Shown: piece after piece, positions 40,577 to 51,743 of the stretch | Layout of the letters: every line of letters starts with the position of its first letter | Numbering within the stretch: the stretch's first letter is position 1 | Source of the DNA: an uncultured cyanobacterium | GTDB taxonomy: Bacteria > Cyanobacteriota > Cyanobacteriia > PCC-6307 > Cyanobiaceae | Assembly (NCBI GenBank): GCA_963697335.1 | Contig: CAVONQ010000002.1 | Coordinates: 64,001-128,000, forward strand | Reading direction: 5' to 3' | DNA: 64,000 nt | Program-made: the position numbers and the translations under genes | The notes under the pieces: generated by a model | What the model was told of the DNA's origin: nothing | Databases searched by the model: none | What the model saw: the letters and a program-made list of their open reading frames with translations, nothing else

Positions 40577-42190
40577 ATGGCCCAGAGCCCCCCCTCCCAG
40601 CGCCCTGATCGACGCCGGGTCGCGGCCATCGACATCGGCACCAACTCGATCCACCTGCTGATCGCCGAGGTTGACGAGGAGCTGCGCAGTTTTTCGGTGC
40701 TGCTGGCCGAGAAGGCCACCACCCGCCTGGGGGAGCGCGACCCTGACTCGGGCGACCTCAGCGCCGCCTCGATCGAGCGGGCCTTCCGCACCCTGCGCCA
40801 CGACAAGGAGCTGGCCGAGAGCCACGGGGTGGAGCAGATCGTCACGGCCGCCACCAGCGCCGTGCGCGAAGCGCCCAATGGCCGCGACTTCGTGCAGGCT
40901 CTGCAGGACCAGCTCGGCCTCTCGGTGGATCTGGTGAGCGGCCCGGAGGAGGCGCGCCTGATCTATCTCGGGGTGCTCTCGGGGATGGGCTTCGGGGAGC
41001 AGCCCCACATGATTCTCGACATCGGTGGCGGCTCCACCGAACTGGTGCTCGGCGACGGCCGTGATGCCCGGGTGCTCACCAGCACCCGCATCGGCGCCGT
41101 GCGGCTGCAGCGGGAGTTCTGCCAGCAGGAGCCCCTGCCCCTGGATCGGCAGCGCTTTCTGCAGGCCTACATCCAGGGGGCGCTGGATCCGGCGGTGTCC
41201 GAGCTGAAACGGGCCCTGCAGCCGGGGGAGCAGCCCCGGCTGGTGGGCACCAGTGGCACGGCAATGGCTCTGGCCTCCCTGGCGGCAGCGCAGGAGGCCA
41301 AGCCGCCCCTCAAGCTGCAGGGCTATCGGCTGCCGAAGGAGCGCATCGACCAGCTCGTGGCGGGCCTGGTGGCGATGACCCCCGAGCAACGTCGGGAGCT
41401 CTCGGCCATCAACGAGCGCCGCGCCGAGATCATCGTGCCTGGCTCCCTGATCCTCCAGACCGCCATGGAGATGCTTGGGGCCCCGGAGCTGGTGGTGTGC
41501 GACCGGGCCCTGCGGGAGGGGCTGATCGTGGACTGGATGCTGCGCAACCAGATCCTGGGCGATCGGTTCAGCTTCCAGAGCACGATCCGCGAACGCACCG
41601 TGCTGCACCTGGCCCAGAGCTACGGCATCGACCGGGAGCGGGCCGATCGGGTGGCGGGCCATGCCCTCAGCCTCTACGACCAGGGCCAGGGCCTGCTGCA
41701 TCACGACGGCGGCGAGGGGCGTGAACTGCTGTGGGCCGCGGCCCAGCTGCACACCTGCGGCAAGAGCATCAACATCTCGGCCTATCACAAGCACACCTGG
41801 TATCTGATCCGCCACGGCGAACTGCTGGGCTTCTCCCAGGCGGAACACCTGATGGTGGCGGCGATGGCCCGCTACCACCGCCGCAGCCTGCCGAAGAAGC
41901 GCCATGAGTCGTGGCAGCTGATCGAGGAGCGGGATCAGCGCAGCAGGGTGTTCTCCATGGCCCTGTTGCTGAGGCTGGCCGCCGCCCTGGATCGCCGGCC
42001 GGCGGCGGGGATCGCCGCCATCCGCGTGCACCCCGCCCCCGCAGGCGTGCTCGACCTGGAGCTGGTGCCCCATGCTCCCGAGCCTCGAGAGCCGGCCATC
42101 GATCTGAGCCTGGAGCGCTGGAGCCTGCGCTCCTGCAGCGAGGTGGTGGCGGAAGCCTGCGGGCTGGAACTCAGGGTGCGGGAGCCCTGA
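40577..42190 (+). CDS. ppx: Ppx/GppA exopolyphosphatase
   Basis: IDIGTNS, ATSAVREA, DIGGGSTE, LREG, C-terminal HD-like domain. Confidence 0.93.
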   Translation: MAQSPPSQRPDRRRVAAIDIGTNSIHLLIAEVDEELRSFSVLLAEKATTRLGERDPDSGDLSAASIERAFRTLRHDKELAESHGVEQIVTAATSAVREAPNGRDFVQALQDQLGLSVDLVSGPEEARLIYLGVLSGMGFGEQPHMILDIGGGSTELVLGDGRDARVLTSTRIGAVRLQREFCQQEPLPLDRQRFLQAYIQGALDPAVSELKRALQPGEQPRLVGTSGTAMALASLAAAQEAKPPLKLQGYRLPKERIDQLVAGLVAMTPEQRRELSAINERRAEIIVPGSLILQTAMEMLGAPELVVCDRALREGLIVDWMLRNQILGDRFSFQSTIRERTVLHLAQSYGIDRERADRVAGHALSLYDQGQGLLHHDGGEGRELLWAAAQLHTCGKSINISAYHKHTWYLIRHGELLGFSQAEHLMVAAMARYHRRSLPKKRHESWQLIEERDQRSRVFSMALLLRLAAALDRRPAAGIAAIRVHPAPAGVLDLELVPHAPEPREPAIDLSLERWSLRSCSEVVAEACGLELRVREP

Positions 42191-42938
42191 ATCGCTGCCA
42201 GCGCACTTGTTCGATCGTGCCCAGCGGTCGCCTGGGCTGGCCTGGCGGCTCCACTTCCACCAGGTCCGGCCGGCCGGCCAGCACCTGAAGGTCCGCCTCA
42301 AGCGGGAAGGATTGCTTCCCCTGCAGAGTGCCGCGGAACAGGGTGGTTCCGTCGGCGCTGCGTACTTCCAGCCAGCTCGGTTGCTCGGCCCGCAGCAGCA
42401 GTTGGCCGGCTCCAGCGGCGCCGGTGCTTGCTGGGGTCGAGGGGGCTGCTGCTGGTTGGGGCGTGTTGGCTGGGGCCTGGGCGGTGCCGCCGCCGCCATC
42501 AGGGGCCACCAGCCTCTGGTAGCCGGCAAGGCCAGCGGCGGAGAGCGCGACCAGCAGTCCAGCCGCAGCCATGGCCAGGGGCCATCGGGCCTTTCGGGTG
42601 GCCCGGCCTGGGGCTGGGGCCATCGCCTGCGGTTGGACTGGGCTGCTGGACGCTTCAGCAGGGGGCGGGCTGGCTTTTCGGCCCTGAAGGCTGGTCCGCA
42701 GCGCCTGGATTTCAGGATCGATCGACACGCCGAGGGCCGAGGCCACCCGCCGGGCCTGGGCGATCACGAACACCGGTTCGGGCAGGCCGTTCGGATCGGC
42801 GTCCTCCAGGCTCTGGAGTTGCTCACGGCCCATGTGCAGGCGGTCGGCCAGATCTTGGAGGCTCAGCCCCCGGCGCAGCCTGGCCTGCTGCAGGCACGAG
42901 GCCAGCCGTTGCAGATCGGACGTGGGGTCTGCGCTCAT
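42171..42938 (-). CDS. RodZ-like HTH + TM + DUF4115 protein
   Basis: N-terminal HTH (LQQARLRRGLS...LPEPVFV), one TM segment, then SWLEVR...GRPDLV. Confidence 0.8.
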   Translation of the reverse strand: MSADPTSDLQRLASCLQQARLRRGLSLQDLADRLHMGREQLQSLEDADPNGLPEPVFVIAQARRVASALGVSIDPEIQALRTSLQGRKASPPPAEASSSPVQPQAMAPAPGRATRKARWPLAMAAAGLLVALSAAGLAGYQRLVAPDGGGGTAQAPANTPQPAAAPSTPASTGAAGAGQLLLRAEQPSWLEVRSADGTTLFRGTLQGKQSFPLEADLQVLAGRPDLVEVEPPGQPRRPLGTIEQVRWQRFRAPAP

Positions 42939-43121
42939 GGCAGCAAGGGATCCAGGGGGGCGGCGGGTACGGGCGCCGATTCAGCCCCGGAACCAGAATG
43001 GTGCAGATTCTGCAGGGAATGGCTGCCTACTGACAACAGAGGTGTCTTTGCAAGGCACCAGAGCTGACGAAAGCCAACAACGCTGGCCATTCCTAAGCCC
43101 CCGGCCGGGGGGGCACTGACA

Positions 43122-43193
<72 letters not shown>

Positions 43194-43255
43194 GTTGATC
43201 CGGTCCAGACCCTGCGGATCGGGAACCGTGCTGGGAGCTTAAAACACCGCCGGGA

Positions 43256-43306
43256 CCTGTGCCTGCCGGCATCAGCCAACCCCTGTGCCTGCCGGCATCA
43301 GCCAAC
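43256..43306. repeat. Tandem direct repeat, 2 x 25 bp
   Basis: CCTGTGCCTGCCGGCATCAGCCAAC at 43256-43280 and 43282-43306. Confidence 0.9.
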
Positions 43307-43330
43307 ATGGTGTGCAGTCCGGATGTGCCC

Positions 43331-44830
43331 GTGAGCAGCGCCCCTCAGTTTCTGCACGCCGCCGCTGGCCAGTCTCCGGGCGCGGCAGACGAGAGCGTGG
43401 ATGTGCTGATCGTGGGCGGCGGCGTGTGCGGCACGGCCCTGCTGTTCGAGCTTGCCCGCTACACCGACCTGGGCCGGGTTGCCCTGGTGGAGCGCTACGA
43501 CTCCCTGGCCAGCGTCAACTCCCGCGCCACCAACAACAGCCAGACGATCCACTGTGGCGACATCGAGACCAACTACACGCTGGAGAAGGCCCTGAAGGTG
43601 AAGCGCACCGCCGAGATGATCGTGCGCTACGCCGAGTTGCTCGACACCGCCAGCCGGGGGCGCTGTGTGTTCCGCACACCGAAGATGGTGCTCGGGGTGG
43701 GACCCGAGGAGTGCACCCTGTTGCGAGAGCGCTACAAGCGCTTCTCGCCCCATTTCCCGGCCATGGAGCTGCTCGATGCCAAAGCGATCGCAGCTTGGGA
43801 GCCCAGGGTCGCCCTGCTGAACGGCCAGCCGCGCCCTGAGGAGCTGGTGGCGATCGGTATTCGGGGCAGCTACACCGCCGTCGACTACGAGGCCCTCTCG
43901 GCCTCCTTCGTGGCCGAGGCCCGCGCCGCAGTGAAGGGCAGCGACCGCCAGCTGGACCTCCAGCTGGGCACCACCGTGGCGGCGATCACGCCCGAGGGGG
44001 AGGGCTTCCGGGTGCTGCTCACCCCCACCCCGGGCTGCGCCGCGGCGGCAGGCCAGGCGGACCGGCAGCTGTGGGCTCGCCATGTGGTGGTGAATGCGGG
44101 AGCCCACAGCCTGCTGATGGCCCAGCAGATGGGCTACGGCCTCGAGTACTCCTGCCTGCCCGTGGCCGGCAGCTTCTACTTCACCCCAGATCTGCTCAAC
44201 GGCAAGGTCTACACCGTTCAGAACGACAAGCTCCCCTTCGCGGCCATCCACGGCGATCCGGATGTGCGGGCACCGGGCAAGACCCGTTTCGGCCCCACGG
44301 CCCTGCCGCTGCCGCTGCTGGAGCGCTACCGCCTGGCCTCCTTCTGGGAGTTCCTCAAGGTGCTGCGCCTGGACTGGGCCGTGCTGGCCGTGGCCTGGCA
44401 GCTGCTGCGGGTGGGTGACATCCGTCGCTACATCCTCAGGAACCTGTTGTTTGAAGTGCCCTGGCTGAGGCGGCGCCTGTTCCTGGCCGATGCCCGCAAG
44501 ATCGTGCCTGGCATGCAGCTCGATGACCTGCGCTTTGCCGAGGGTTACGGCGGGGTGCGTCCCCAGCTGATCGACAAGCGCCAGCGTCGCCTGCTGCTCG
44601 GGGAAGCCAGCATCCCCGCCCGCCCCGGACTGGTGTTCAACGTGACGCCCTCCCCCGGCGGCAGCTGCTGCCTGGGCAATGCCGCCCGCGACCTGGAGCA
44701 GATCGTGGCGCGGCTGGGCTGCGGCTTCGATCGGGCCAGGCTGGAGCGGGAGCTGCACGGTGCGGCAGAGGCCTCTGGCCCCGCGGCAGCCTCAGGCTCC
44801 GCCGCGGAAGAGGTGGTGGTGGCTGGCTGA
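43331..44830 (+). CDS. mqo: FAD-dependent oxidoreductase, malate:quinone oxidoreductase-like
   Basis: GGGVCG, NNSQTIHCGDIETNYT, LPFAAIHGDPD, RFGPTA, GGVRPQ, TPSPGGS. Confidence 0.8.
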   Translation: MSSAPQFLHAAAGQSPGAADESVDVLIVGGGVCGTALLFELARYTDLGRVALVERYDSLASVNSRATNNSQTIHCGDIETNYTLEKALKVKRTAEMIVRYAELLDTASRGRCVFRTPKMVLGVGPEECTLLRERYKRFSPHFPAMELLDAKAIAAWEPRVALLNGQPRPEELVAIGIRGSYTAVDYEALSASFVAEARAAVKGSDRQLDLQLGTTVAAITPEGEGFRVLLTPTPGCAAAAGQADRQLWARHVVVNAGAHSLLMAQQMGYGLEYSCLPVAGSFYFTPDLLNGKVYTVQNDKLPFAAIHGDPDVRAPGKTRFGPTALPLPLLERYRLASFWEFLKVLRLDWAVLAVAWQLLRVGDIRRYILRNLLFEVPWLRRRLFLADARKIVPGMQLDDLRFAEGYGGVRPQLIDKRQRRLLLGEASIPARPGLVFNVTPSPGGSCCLGNAARDLEQIVARLGCGFDRARLERELHGAAEASGPAAASGSAAEEVVVAG

Positions 44831-45556
44831 GTACAGCTTGGAGCGGGCCTCGGCACTGGCGGCCAGGGCCGGGCTCACCACGTAGAGGGTGGTGCGGATC
44901 AGGCCGCGCTCCTCACTGGCCTGGGCCATGGCCTTGAGGGGCACCACCTGCAGCCACTGGTCCGGCCAGCTCACCCGGTAGCCGATCGCCACAGGGGTTT
45001 CCGGGGGGTAGTGCTGCAGCAGTTCCTGCTGCACCTCCTGAACGTGGCGGGCACTGAGGTAGAGGCAGAGCGAGGCCCCCAGGGCCGCCAGTCGGCCCAG
45101 GGATTCCTTTTCAGGCACGCCGGTGCGCCCGCCGGCGCGTCCGAGCACGATCGTCTGCACCAGACCTGGAATGGTGAGCTCCTGCTGCAGGGCGGCAGCT
45201 GTGGCCTGGTAGGCGCTGAGACCGGGTACCACCTCCACGGCCAGCTGGGCGTCCGCCAGCCGGCAGATCTGCTCGTGCAGGGCGCCGTAAAGGCAGGGGT
45301 CGCCATCGTGCAGGCGCACCACCTGCTTCCCCGCTGCGGCCCGCTCCTGCACCAGCGCCATCACCTCCTCGAGAGTGAGGGTGCTGGTGCGGATGCGCTC
45401 GCAGCCCTCGGGGGCCAGGGCCGCGATCTCCGGGCTCACCAGCGAGTCGGTCCACACCAGCACCTCGGCCTGCTCGATGGCCCGCAGGGCCCTGAGGGTG
45501 AGCAGGTCCACGGCACCGGGACCGGCCCCCACGATCGACACGCGCGGCGGCGTCAC
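44792..45556 (-). CDS. cobM: Precorrin-4 C11-methyltransferase
   Basis: [26 protein letters not shown]. Confidence 0.93.
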   Translation of the reverse strand: MTPPRVSIVGAGPGAVDLLTLRALRAIEQAEVLVWTDSLVSPEIAALAPEGCERIRTSTLTLEEVMALVQERAAAGKQVVRLHDGDPCLYGALHEQICRLADAQLAVEVVPGLSAYQATAAALQQELTIPGLVQTIVLGRAGGRTGVPEKESLGRLAALGASLCLYLSARHVQEVQQELLQHYPPETPVAIGYRVSWPDQWLQVVPLKAMAQASEERGLIRTTLYVVSPALAASAEARSKLYSASHHHLFRGGA

Positions 45557-46410
45557 TGCACCACCCCACTGGGGTCAGGCAGGCGGCGCTGACGGCCGTA
45601 GAGCCACCACAGGCCGAGGCCGCCCAGAGCAATCAGCAGCAGGCTCACCACCTGGGCCATGCGCAGACCCCCCTCGCAGAAGGGCGGTTGGGAGAACAGA
45701 CAGAGCGGATCGATGCGCAGGCCCTCGATCCATACCCTGCCGGCGCTGTAGGCCATCAGGTAGATGCAGCTGAGGCTGCCGGCCGGCAGGGAGATCCTGC
45801 CCTTCTGCCCCTGGCGGAACAGCAGCAGCAACAGCACGCACACGCCCAGGTTCCAGAGCGATTCGTACAGGAAGGTGGGATGGAAGTCCACCTGATCCAG
45901 AAACTCGGTGGGACGGTTTGCCAGGGGAATGCGCAGCTTCCAGGGCAGGTCGGTGGGCAGGCCGAAGGCCTCGGAGTTGAAGAAGTTGCCCCAGCGGCCG
46001 ATCGCCTGGCCCAGGGCCACGGCCGGCATCAGCACGTCGAGCAGGGGCCAGAAGGGCTGGCGACGCCAGCGGCAATAGAGCACGGTGGTGAGGCTGCCGC
46101 CGATCAGGGCCCCGTGGATGGCGATGCCACCCCGCCAGATCGCCAGGGCTTCGACCCAGTTGCCCTCGTACTGGCGCCATTCGAGCAGCACGTAGTAGAT
46201 CCTGGCGCCGATCACGGCCCCCAGCACCAGCAGGGGCAGCAGGTCGGCGATCAGGGTGGGCTCGATGCCCCGCTGCTGGCCGAGCCGGGTGGCCAGGCTG
46301 AGGCCGGCCAGCACCGCCAGGGCAATCAGCAGGCCGTACCAGCGCACGGAAAGGGGGCCCAGCTGGAACACCAGGGGCCCCGGGGAGGTGAACACAAGAA
46401 ACACGTTCAA
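45553..46410 (-). CDS. lgt: Prolipoprotein diacylglyceryl transferase
   Basis: [32 protein letters not shown]. Start is estimated. Confidence 0.95.
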   Translation of the reverse strand: MNVFLVFTSPGPLVFQLGPLSVRWYGLLIALAVLAGLSLATRLGQQRGIEPTLIADLLPLLVLGAVIGARIYYVLLEWRQYEGNWVEALAIWRGGIAIHGALIGGSLTTVLYCRWRRQPFWPLLDVLMPAVALGQAIGRWGNFFNSEAFGLPTDLPWKLRIPLANRPTEFLDQVDFHPTFLYESLWNLGVCVLLLLLFRQGQKGRISLPAGSLSCIYLMAYSAGRVWIEGLRIDPLCLFSQPPFCEGGLRMAQVVSLLLIALGGLGLWWLYGRQRRLPDPSGVVQ

Positions 46411-46441
46411 GGGCCTGATGAGGGGCTCGGCGCCAACCAGC

Positions 46442-47377
46442 TCAGACAATGCCTTCGGCGGCCTGCACACGCTCCACCTGGCGCTTCTTCAGCACCAGGA
46501 AGATCTGGGCCACGGCAATGGCTGCGAAGAACGCCAGCATGCCGTAGATCCGCACGGGATCCTGCAGCACCACCTCGGTGTCGATCTGCCCGAAGCCACC
46601 CACGTTGGGGTCGTTGGTGAGGGCGGCGCCGGCGGCCACGGTCTCACCGACGACGGCGGTCACGGTGGGGCCGGCCGGGATGGTCTCGCTCACGACAGAG
46701 CCGTCAGCCGTGGTGATCTCCACCACGGTGGCGCCGCCCTCAGCGGCAGTCACAGCGGAGACGGTGCCGGCGGCCGTGGCGTTGAACACCGTGTTGTTCG
46801 ACTTCTCACCGGTGGGATACACCTGGCCGCGGCCCCGGTTGCCGCCCACGTGCAGTTGGTATTTGCCGAAGTGGATGCTGCTGTCCTGGGCGGGATCGGG
46901 GGAGAGCAGGGGGAACACGATCTCCTGGTGCTGGTCACCAGGCAGGGGACCCACGAGCAGGATGTTGGGTTGGTCGTCGGAATATTGGGTGTAGTAGATG
47001 CCCGCCGTTTCCTGCTTGAGCTCCTCACTGAGGCGGTCCTGGGGGGCCAGGGTGAAGCCATCGGGGAGCATGACCACGGCACCCACATTCAGGCCGGTGC
47101 CGCTGCCATCGCCGGACAGCTGTTGCACCGAGGTGTCGTAGGGGATCTCGACCACGGCCTTGAACACCGTGTCAGGGAAGACGGCCTGGGGCAGTTCGAT
47201 GCGGGTGGCCTTCTTGGCCAGGTGGCAGTTGGCGCAGACCAGCTTGCCCGTGGCTTCACGGGGGCTGTCGTAGTTCTGCTGGGCCCAGAAGGGGTAGGCC
47301 CAGCTGGGGGAGGCGGCACCGAGCAGCACGGTGACGCTCAGCAGGCAACCGAGCAGCAGGGAGAGGGAGCGACGCAT
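46442..47377 (-). CDS. petA: Apocytochrome f
   Basis: [30 protein letters not shown]. Confidence 0.97.
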   Translation of the reverse strand: MRRSLSLLLGCLLSVTVLLGAASPSWAYPFWAQQNYDSPREATGKLVCANCHLAKKATRIELPQAVFPDTVFKAVVEIPYDTSVQQLSGDGSGTGLNVGAVVMLPDGFTLAPQDRLSEELKQETAGIYYTQYSDDQPNILLVGPLPGDQHQEIVFPLLSPDPAQDSSIHFGKYQLHVGGNRGRGQVYPTGEKSNNTVFNATAAGTVSAVTAAEGGATVVEITTADGSVVSETIPAGPTVTAVVGETVAAGAALTNDPNVGGFGQIDTEVVLQDPVRIYGMLAFFAAIAVAQIFLVLKKRQVERVQAAEGIV

Positions 47378-47414
47378 CAGGGGAGGGGCGACAGGGGCGA
47401 ACGGGGAAAGCGGA

Positions 47415-47963
47415 TCAGGCCCACCAGGGCTTGTCGCCGTTTCGGAAGTCGGTTTCAGTCCACTGGCTGAGGAACACGTTGTCGTCTTCGACCGAGACGT
47501 GGGCCAGGGCCAGGGAGAGGGGTGCCGGTCCGCGCACCACCTTGCCGGTGGCGTCGTACTGGGAGCCGTGGCAGGGGCAGATGAACTTGTTCTGGCCGCC
47601 GTTCCAGGGCACCACACAGCCCAGGTGGGTGCAGATGGCATTGATGCCGTAGCTGCCGATGGCGTCGTCACCCTCCACGATCAGGTAGGTGGGATCGCCC
47701 TTGAGGCCCTGCACCAGGCTGCGGTCCCCTTCCTTGTGGGTGCTCAGCCAGCCGCTGCCGGTGACGGCATTGCCGAGTTCATCCTTGGCGGACGTTCCCC
47801 CACCACTGCCGGCGGCCTTGGGCGGGATGAAGTAGTTGACCACCGGGTAGAGCGCCCCGAGGGCCACGCCCGTGAGGGAGCCGAAGGTCAGCAGGTTCAT
47901 GAACTGCCGACGGCCCATTCCGGGCACATCACCGCTCGAAGCACTCGCTGGCATCTGGGTCAT
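47415..47963 (-). CDS. petC: Cytochrome b6f Rieske iron-sulfur subunit
   Basis: RRQFMN, CTHLGC, CPCHGS. Confidence 0.97.
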   Translation of the reverse strand: MTQMPASASSGDVPGMGRRQFMNLLTFGSLTGVALGALYPVVNYFIPPKAAGSGGGTSAKDELGNAVTGSGWLSTHKEGDRSLVQGLKGDPTYLIVEGDDAIGSYGINAICTHLGCVVPWNGGQNKFICPCHGSQYDATGKVVRGPAPLSLALAHVSVEDDNVFLSQWTETDFRNGDKPWWA

Positions 47964-48125
47964 ACAGGGCGGCCTGGAAGCCACAGCAACGTGGCGGCCA
48001 CCCTAAGACCTGACTCCACCTGAGCCAGGCTGCCAACGGGGCCTGGCGGGGGCTCTGCAACAACCCGTTGCGGATTTCGGTCTCGCCCTGGAATCCCTGG
48101 TACTGGCATAGGGGCCTGAGCGTCA

Positions 48126-48461
48126 GTGGTTGTGGATCCCTCTTCTCCCCTCAGCGCCGAGGAGCTGCTGGGCCTGCTGCGCCGGCGCTGGCAGGCCAGC
48201 TATGACCTGCAGCTGGTGCAGCGGCGCGGACGCCTCTACCTCCAGGTGATGTGGGCCTACCTGGAACAGCAGTCGTTCCCGCTCACGGCCGAGGACTACG
48301 GGGCCAAGCTGGAGGAGCTCACGGGCCTGCTGAATGGACTCGGGGTGGCGGGCCAGGTGCGCGCCTGGCTGGAGACCACCTCCGACAAGCCCAGGCTGGG
48401 CCGGGCCCTGGGCCTGGCCCTGGAGCTGCCGCCGGAGCGGGCCAGCGAGTTCTTTCTCTGA
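48126..48461 (+). CDS. DUF3067 family protein
   Basis: YDLQL, LQVMWAYLEQQSFP, KPRLG. Confidence 0.82.
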   Translation: MVVDPSSPLSAEELLGLLRRRWQASYDLQLVQRRGRLYLQVMWAYLEQQSFPLTAEDYGAKLEELTGLLNGLGVAGQVRAWLETTSDKPRLGRALGLALELPPERASEFFL

Positions 48462-48471
48462 GGGGCGCGGC

Positions 48472-49311
48472 TCAGGGCCCGGCCGGCCAGGCGCGCAGCC
48501 GCTCGGTGAAGGCCACCAGGCCCACGCCCACCAGGTAGAGGGCGCTGATCGCCCCGGTGAGCAGCAGCATCGTCACCGGATCGGTGGAGGGGGTGAGCAC
48601 GGCTCCAGCCAGGGCCGCCAGCAGCACCACCCAGCGCCAGCCCGAGAGCATGGCGCGGGAGCGCACCAGCCCCAGGGCGCCCAGCAATAGCTGCAGCACC
48701 GGCAACTGGAAGGCCAGGGCCGTGGCCACCATCAGCAGCAGCACGAAGTCGAGATAGCGCTCGATCGACCAGCTCGGCTCCACCACGTCGGCGCCGTAGC
48801 TGACCAGAAAGCGCAGGGCGGCGGGCACCAGGGCCCACCAGGCGAAGGCCAGGCCGGCGGCGAACAGCACCGCCGAGCCCGCCACCGCGGGCGCCACCAG
48901 GCGCCGTTCCCGGCGGTTCAAGCCCGGCAACACGAAGGCCAGCCCCTCGTAGAGCACGTAGGGGAGGGCCAGGGTGAGCCCGGCGTAGCCCGCCACCTTC
49001 AGGGACACGAACAGAAACTCCCCCGGCGCCAGCTGCAGGAAGCGGATGCCCTCGGCCGGCATCTCCAGCAGCCGCACCAGGGGTTTGACGAACACCAGGC
49101 ACAGGGCCGCCCCCGCCAGCAGTGCCAGCAGGGCCCGCAGGACGCGGCGCCGCAGCTCCTCGATGTGGTCCACCAGGCTCATCTCCACCTCGCCGGGGAA
49201 CTCGTCGCCTGGCGGCGCTGGCCGGGGCTCCCGCTTCCCCTTGCCGGCCTCGATTCGGATCGGCGCTGGTGGCCCGGGACGGCCGGGATCCTGGGGGGAG
49301 GTGTCCGTCAT
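48472..49311 (-). CDS. tatC: Twin-arginine translocase subunit TatC
   Basis: MSLVDHIEELRRR, FQLP, TPSTDP. Confidence 0.95.
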   Translation of the reverse strand: MTDTSPQDPGRPGPPAPIRIEAGKGKREPRPAPPGDEFPGEVEMSLVDHIEELRRRVLRALLALLAGAALCLVFVKPLVRLLEMPAEGIRFLQLAPGEFLFVSLKVAGYAGLTLALPYVLYEGLAFVLPGLNRRERRLVAPAVAGSAVLFAAGLAFAWWALVPAALRFLVSYGADVVEPSWSIERYLDFVLLLMVATALAFQLPVLQLLLGALGLVRSRAMLSGWRWVVLLAALAGAVLTPSTDPVTMLLLTGAISALYLVGVGLVAFTERLRAWPAGP

Positions 49312-51032
49312 GGTGGCCCTGCTGCCAGCAGGCTAAGAGCCCGCTCCGGTTCCCCCCAGAGCAGGCTGCCGCCGCGGTGCCGCACCGTGCCGGGGGCGGC
49401 ACCTGGAATCCGCTGCAGCTCCGCGGTGGGCACCATCAGCACGGGCACCCGGCGGTTGCCCCGCCCGCGGCTGAAGTGGGCCGCCAGATCGGCTGCGGCC
49501 TGCAGATCGTCCTCCCCCGCCGCTGCCGCCGAGCTGCGCAGCACCACGTGGCTGCCCGGCAGCTCCTGGGCATGGAACCAGAGGTCGCCGCGCCGGGCCT
49601 GGCGAAAGGCGATCCACTCGTTCTGGCGGTGGTTGCGTCCCACCTGAACCGTCAGCCCCCCCGGGCTGATCAGCTCGAGGGGTTGGGGCTGCCCCTCCCG
49701 ACCCTGGCCGCTGCCCCGCCGGGACTGCCGGGCCGGTCTGCCGCCGGGGTTGAGGTGCTCCTCCAGATCCCGGCTCAGGCCCTGGAGTGCCTCGAGATCC
49801 TCCGCCTGCTCCAGATAGGTGAGGCTGGCCTCCAGCCAGGCCAGGCGCTGCCCGTGCCAGGCCAGCCGCTCCTGGATGGCCGCCACGGAGCGGCGTCGCC
49901 TGCGGGCCTGTCGGTAGAGCTTCTGGGCGGTGTCGATGCAGCTGCGGCTGGGCTGGAACTGGCTCAGCAGGGCATCGGCCTGCAGTTGCAGGGCCTCGCT
50001 CTCCGGCACGGCATCGAGCAGGGCCTGCTGGCTGGCGGCCTGCTCCTGTTCGCGCCCCAGCAGCCGCTCCAGCTGCTGCTGCAGCTGCCGGCGCTGCTGG
50101 CTCAGGCCCTGCTGGGCCAGGGCATGGCCGTAGAACTCCGCCAGGGCCCGGTTGATCGGCATCGCCGGGCCGGCGGTCGGCGGCGGAGCCGCTGCCGTGG
50201 GGTCAGGCGAAGGGGGCTCCAGCGAAGGGGGTTCGGCGCTCCAGCAGCGGTAGCCCTCGGCGTCGCCGTGCCAGCAGAAGCGCTCGGACTCCACCGCCCC
50301 CAGCCAGGCCTGCCAGCGCTGCCAGAGCTGCTCCCACTGGAGGGGTTGCAGCTCTGCAATCGGCTGCTGCAGCCACTCCTGGGGAGCCAGCTGGCGGGCC
50401 AGGGCCGGGCTGATGCCCTGGTAGGCGCTGCGCAGGGCCCGCTCCAGGGGCAGGGGCAGCAGGGCCACCCGCTGCCGCCAGCGCTCGAAGCTCTCGTTTC
50501 GGCTCGGCGGAGCGCCGTCCAGGGGTGGGGGCGGCAGGTAGGGGTCGCCGGTGCCGATCGGCCGCCGCCGCGACTGGGCCGCCTTCACCTGGCGCCCCAG
50601 GGCCACCACCTGGCGGCCGTCGCCATCGGGCTCCAGCAGCAACAGGTTGCTGTGCCGTCCCATCAGCTCAGCCACCAGCCAGCGCTGCGGAGCCTCGCCG
50701 GGGCGGCGGGCGAAGCCCAGCTCCAGCACCCGCTCCCAGCCGACCTGCTGAAGGCTCACCAGGGCCAGCCCACCGAGCCCGTGCTGCAGCTGCTGGGCCA
50801 GGGTGCTCCCCTCCCCCTGGCGCGGTGGTGGCGCGATGGCATGGGCCCGGGCCGCCTCGGCCTGCCAGCTCAGCTCCAGCCACTGCATCCCCTGCAGGTG
50901 GCGCAGCCCGAGCTGGATCGTGCCCGGGCCCGCCTGCTGGGCCTTTTCCAGGCGACTGGGCAGCAGCAGGCGCCGCCATTCGGCCAGTACCGCCTTGAGG
51001 CTGGTCACATCCTGGGGCTGGAGGCTGGCCAT
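49308..51032 (-). CDS. NFACT/Rqc2 (RqcH, FbpA-like) protein
   Basis: [35 protein letters not shown]. Confidence 0.88.
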   Translation of the reverse strand: MASLQPQDVTSLKAVLAEWRRLLLPSRLEKAQQAGPGTIQLGLRHLQGMQWLELSWQAEAARAHAIAPPPRQGEGSTLAQQLQHGLGGLALVSLQQVGWERVLELGFARRPGEAPQRWLVAELMGRHSNLLLLEPDGDGRQVVALGRQVKAAQSRRRPIGTGDPYLPPPPLDGAPPSRNESFERWRQRVALLPLPLERALRSAYQGISPALARQLAPQEWLQQPIAELQPLQWEQLWQRWQAWLGAVESERFCWHGDAEGYRCWSAEPPSLEPPSPDPTAAAPPPTAGPAMPINRALAEFYGHALAQQGLSQQRRQLQQQLERLLGREQEQAASQQALLDAVPESEALQLQADALLSQFQPSRSCIDTAQKLYRQARRRRRSVAAIQERLAWHGQRLAWLEASLTYLEQAEDLEALQGLSRDLEEHLNPGGRPARQSRRGSGQGREGQPQPLELISPGGLTVQVGRNHRQNEWIAFRQARRGDLWFHAQELPGSHVVLRSSAAAAGEDDLQAAADLAAHFSRGRGNRRVPVLMVPTAELQRIPGAAPGTVRHRGGSLLWGEPERALSLLAAGPP

Positions 51033-51093
51033 GGCTGCGCTCCAGCCCATCCGCGTGTGGCTTCTACTCTGCAGCCCTGCCTGCGCGACTTCC

Positions 51094-51675
51094 ATGGCCC
51101 GACTCACCGTGATCACCGGTCCGAGCGGGGTGGGCAAGGGCACGCTGGTGGCGGAGCTGTTGCGGCGCCATCCCGCCATCTGGCTGTCGGTGTCGGCCAC
51201 CACCAGGCCCCCCAGGCCCGGGGAGGAGGAGGGCAGCAGCTACTTCTTCCTCAGCCGAGAGCGCTTCGAGCAGCTGGTGCAGGAGGGGGGATTTCTGGAG
51301 TGGGCCGAGTTTGCCGGCAACCTCTACGGCACGCCGCGGCGGCCGGTGGAGGAGCGCCTGGCGGCGGGGCGATCGGTGCTGCTCGAGATCGAACTGGAGG
51401 GGGCCCGTCAGGTGCGGCGGACCTTCCAGGCTGGCTACCAGCTGTTCATCAAGCCCCCTTCTCTGGAGGAGCTGGAGCGGCGCATCCGTGGGCGTGGCAC
51501 CGATAGCGAGGAGGCGGTCCGCCGCCGGCTGCAGCGGGCCAGGGTGGAACTGGCCGCTGAGGGGGAGTTCGATGCGGTGCTGGTCAACGGCGATCTGGAC
51601 GCGGCCGTGGCTGAGCTGGAAGCGGCCCTTGGCCTGGCCGCGGAGCGACCCGCACCCGATCCAGCCCCAGGCTGA
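51094..51675 (+). CDS. gmk: Guanylate kinase
   Basis: [24 protein letters not shown]. Confidence 0.95.
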   Translation: MARLTVITGPSGVGKGTLVAELLRRHPAIWLSVSATTRPPRPGEEEGSSYFFLSRERFEQLVQEGGFLEWAEFAGNLYGTPRRPVEERLAAGRSVLLEIELEGARQVRRTFQAGYQLFIKPPSLEELERRIRGRGTDSEEAVRRRLQRARVELAAEGEFDAVLVNGDLDAAVAELEAALGLAAERPAPDPAPG

Positions 51676-51689
51676 CCAGCCCCGCCATC

Positions 51690-51713
51690 AAAAAGCGGCC
51701 CCAGGGGGGCCGC
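51690..51713 (-). terminator. Rho-independent terminator of psaFJ
   Basis: Minus strand reads GCGGCCCC-CCT-GGGGCCGC-TTTTT. Confidence 0.8.
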
Positions 51714-51743
51714 AGACCGAGGTGAACGGCGAGCCGTCGTTCC

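Noticed and set aside
43020..43080. CTGACGA-AAG motif suggesting a hammerhead ribozyme
   Set aside because: No stem II between the CUGANGA and GAAA elements, so the required topology cannot form.
43256..43306. Possible CRISPR array
   Set aside because: Only two adjacent copies, no spacer and no cas genes.
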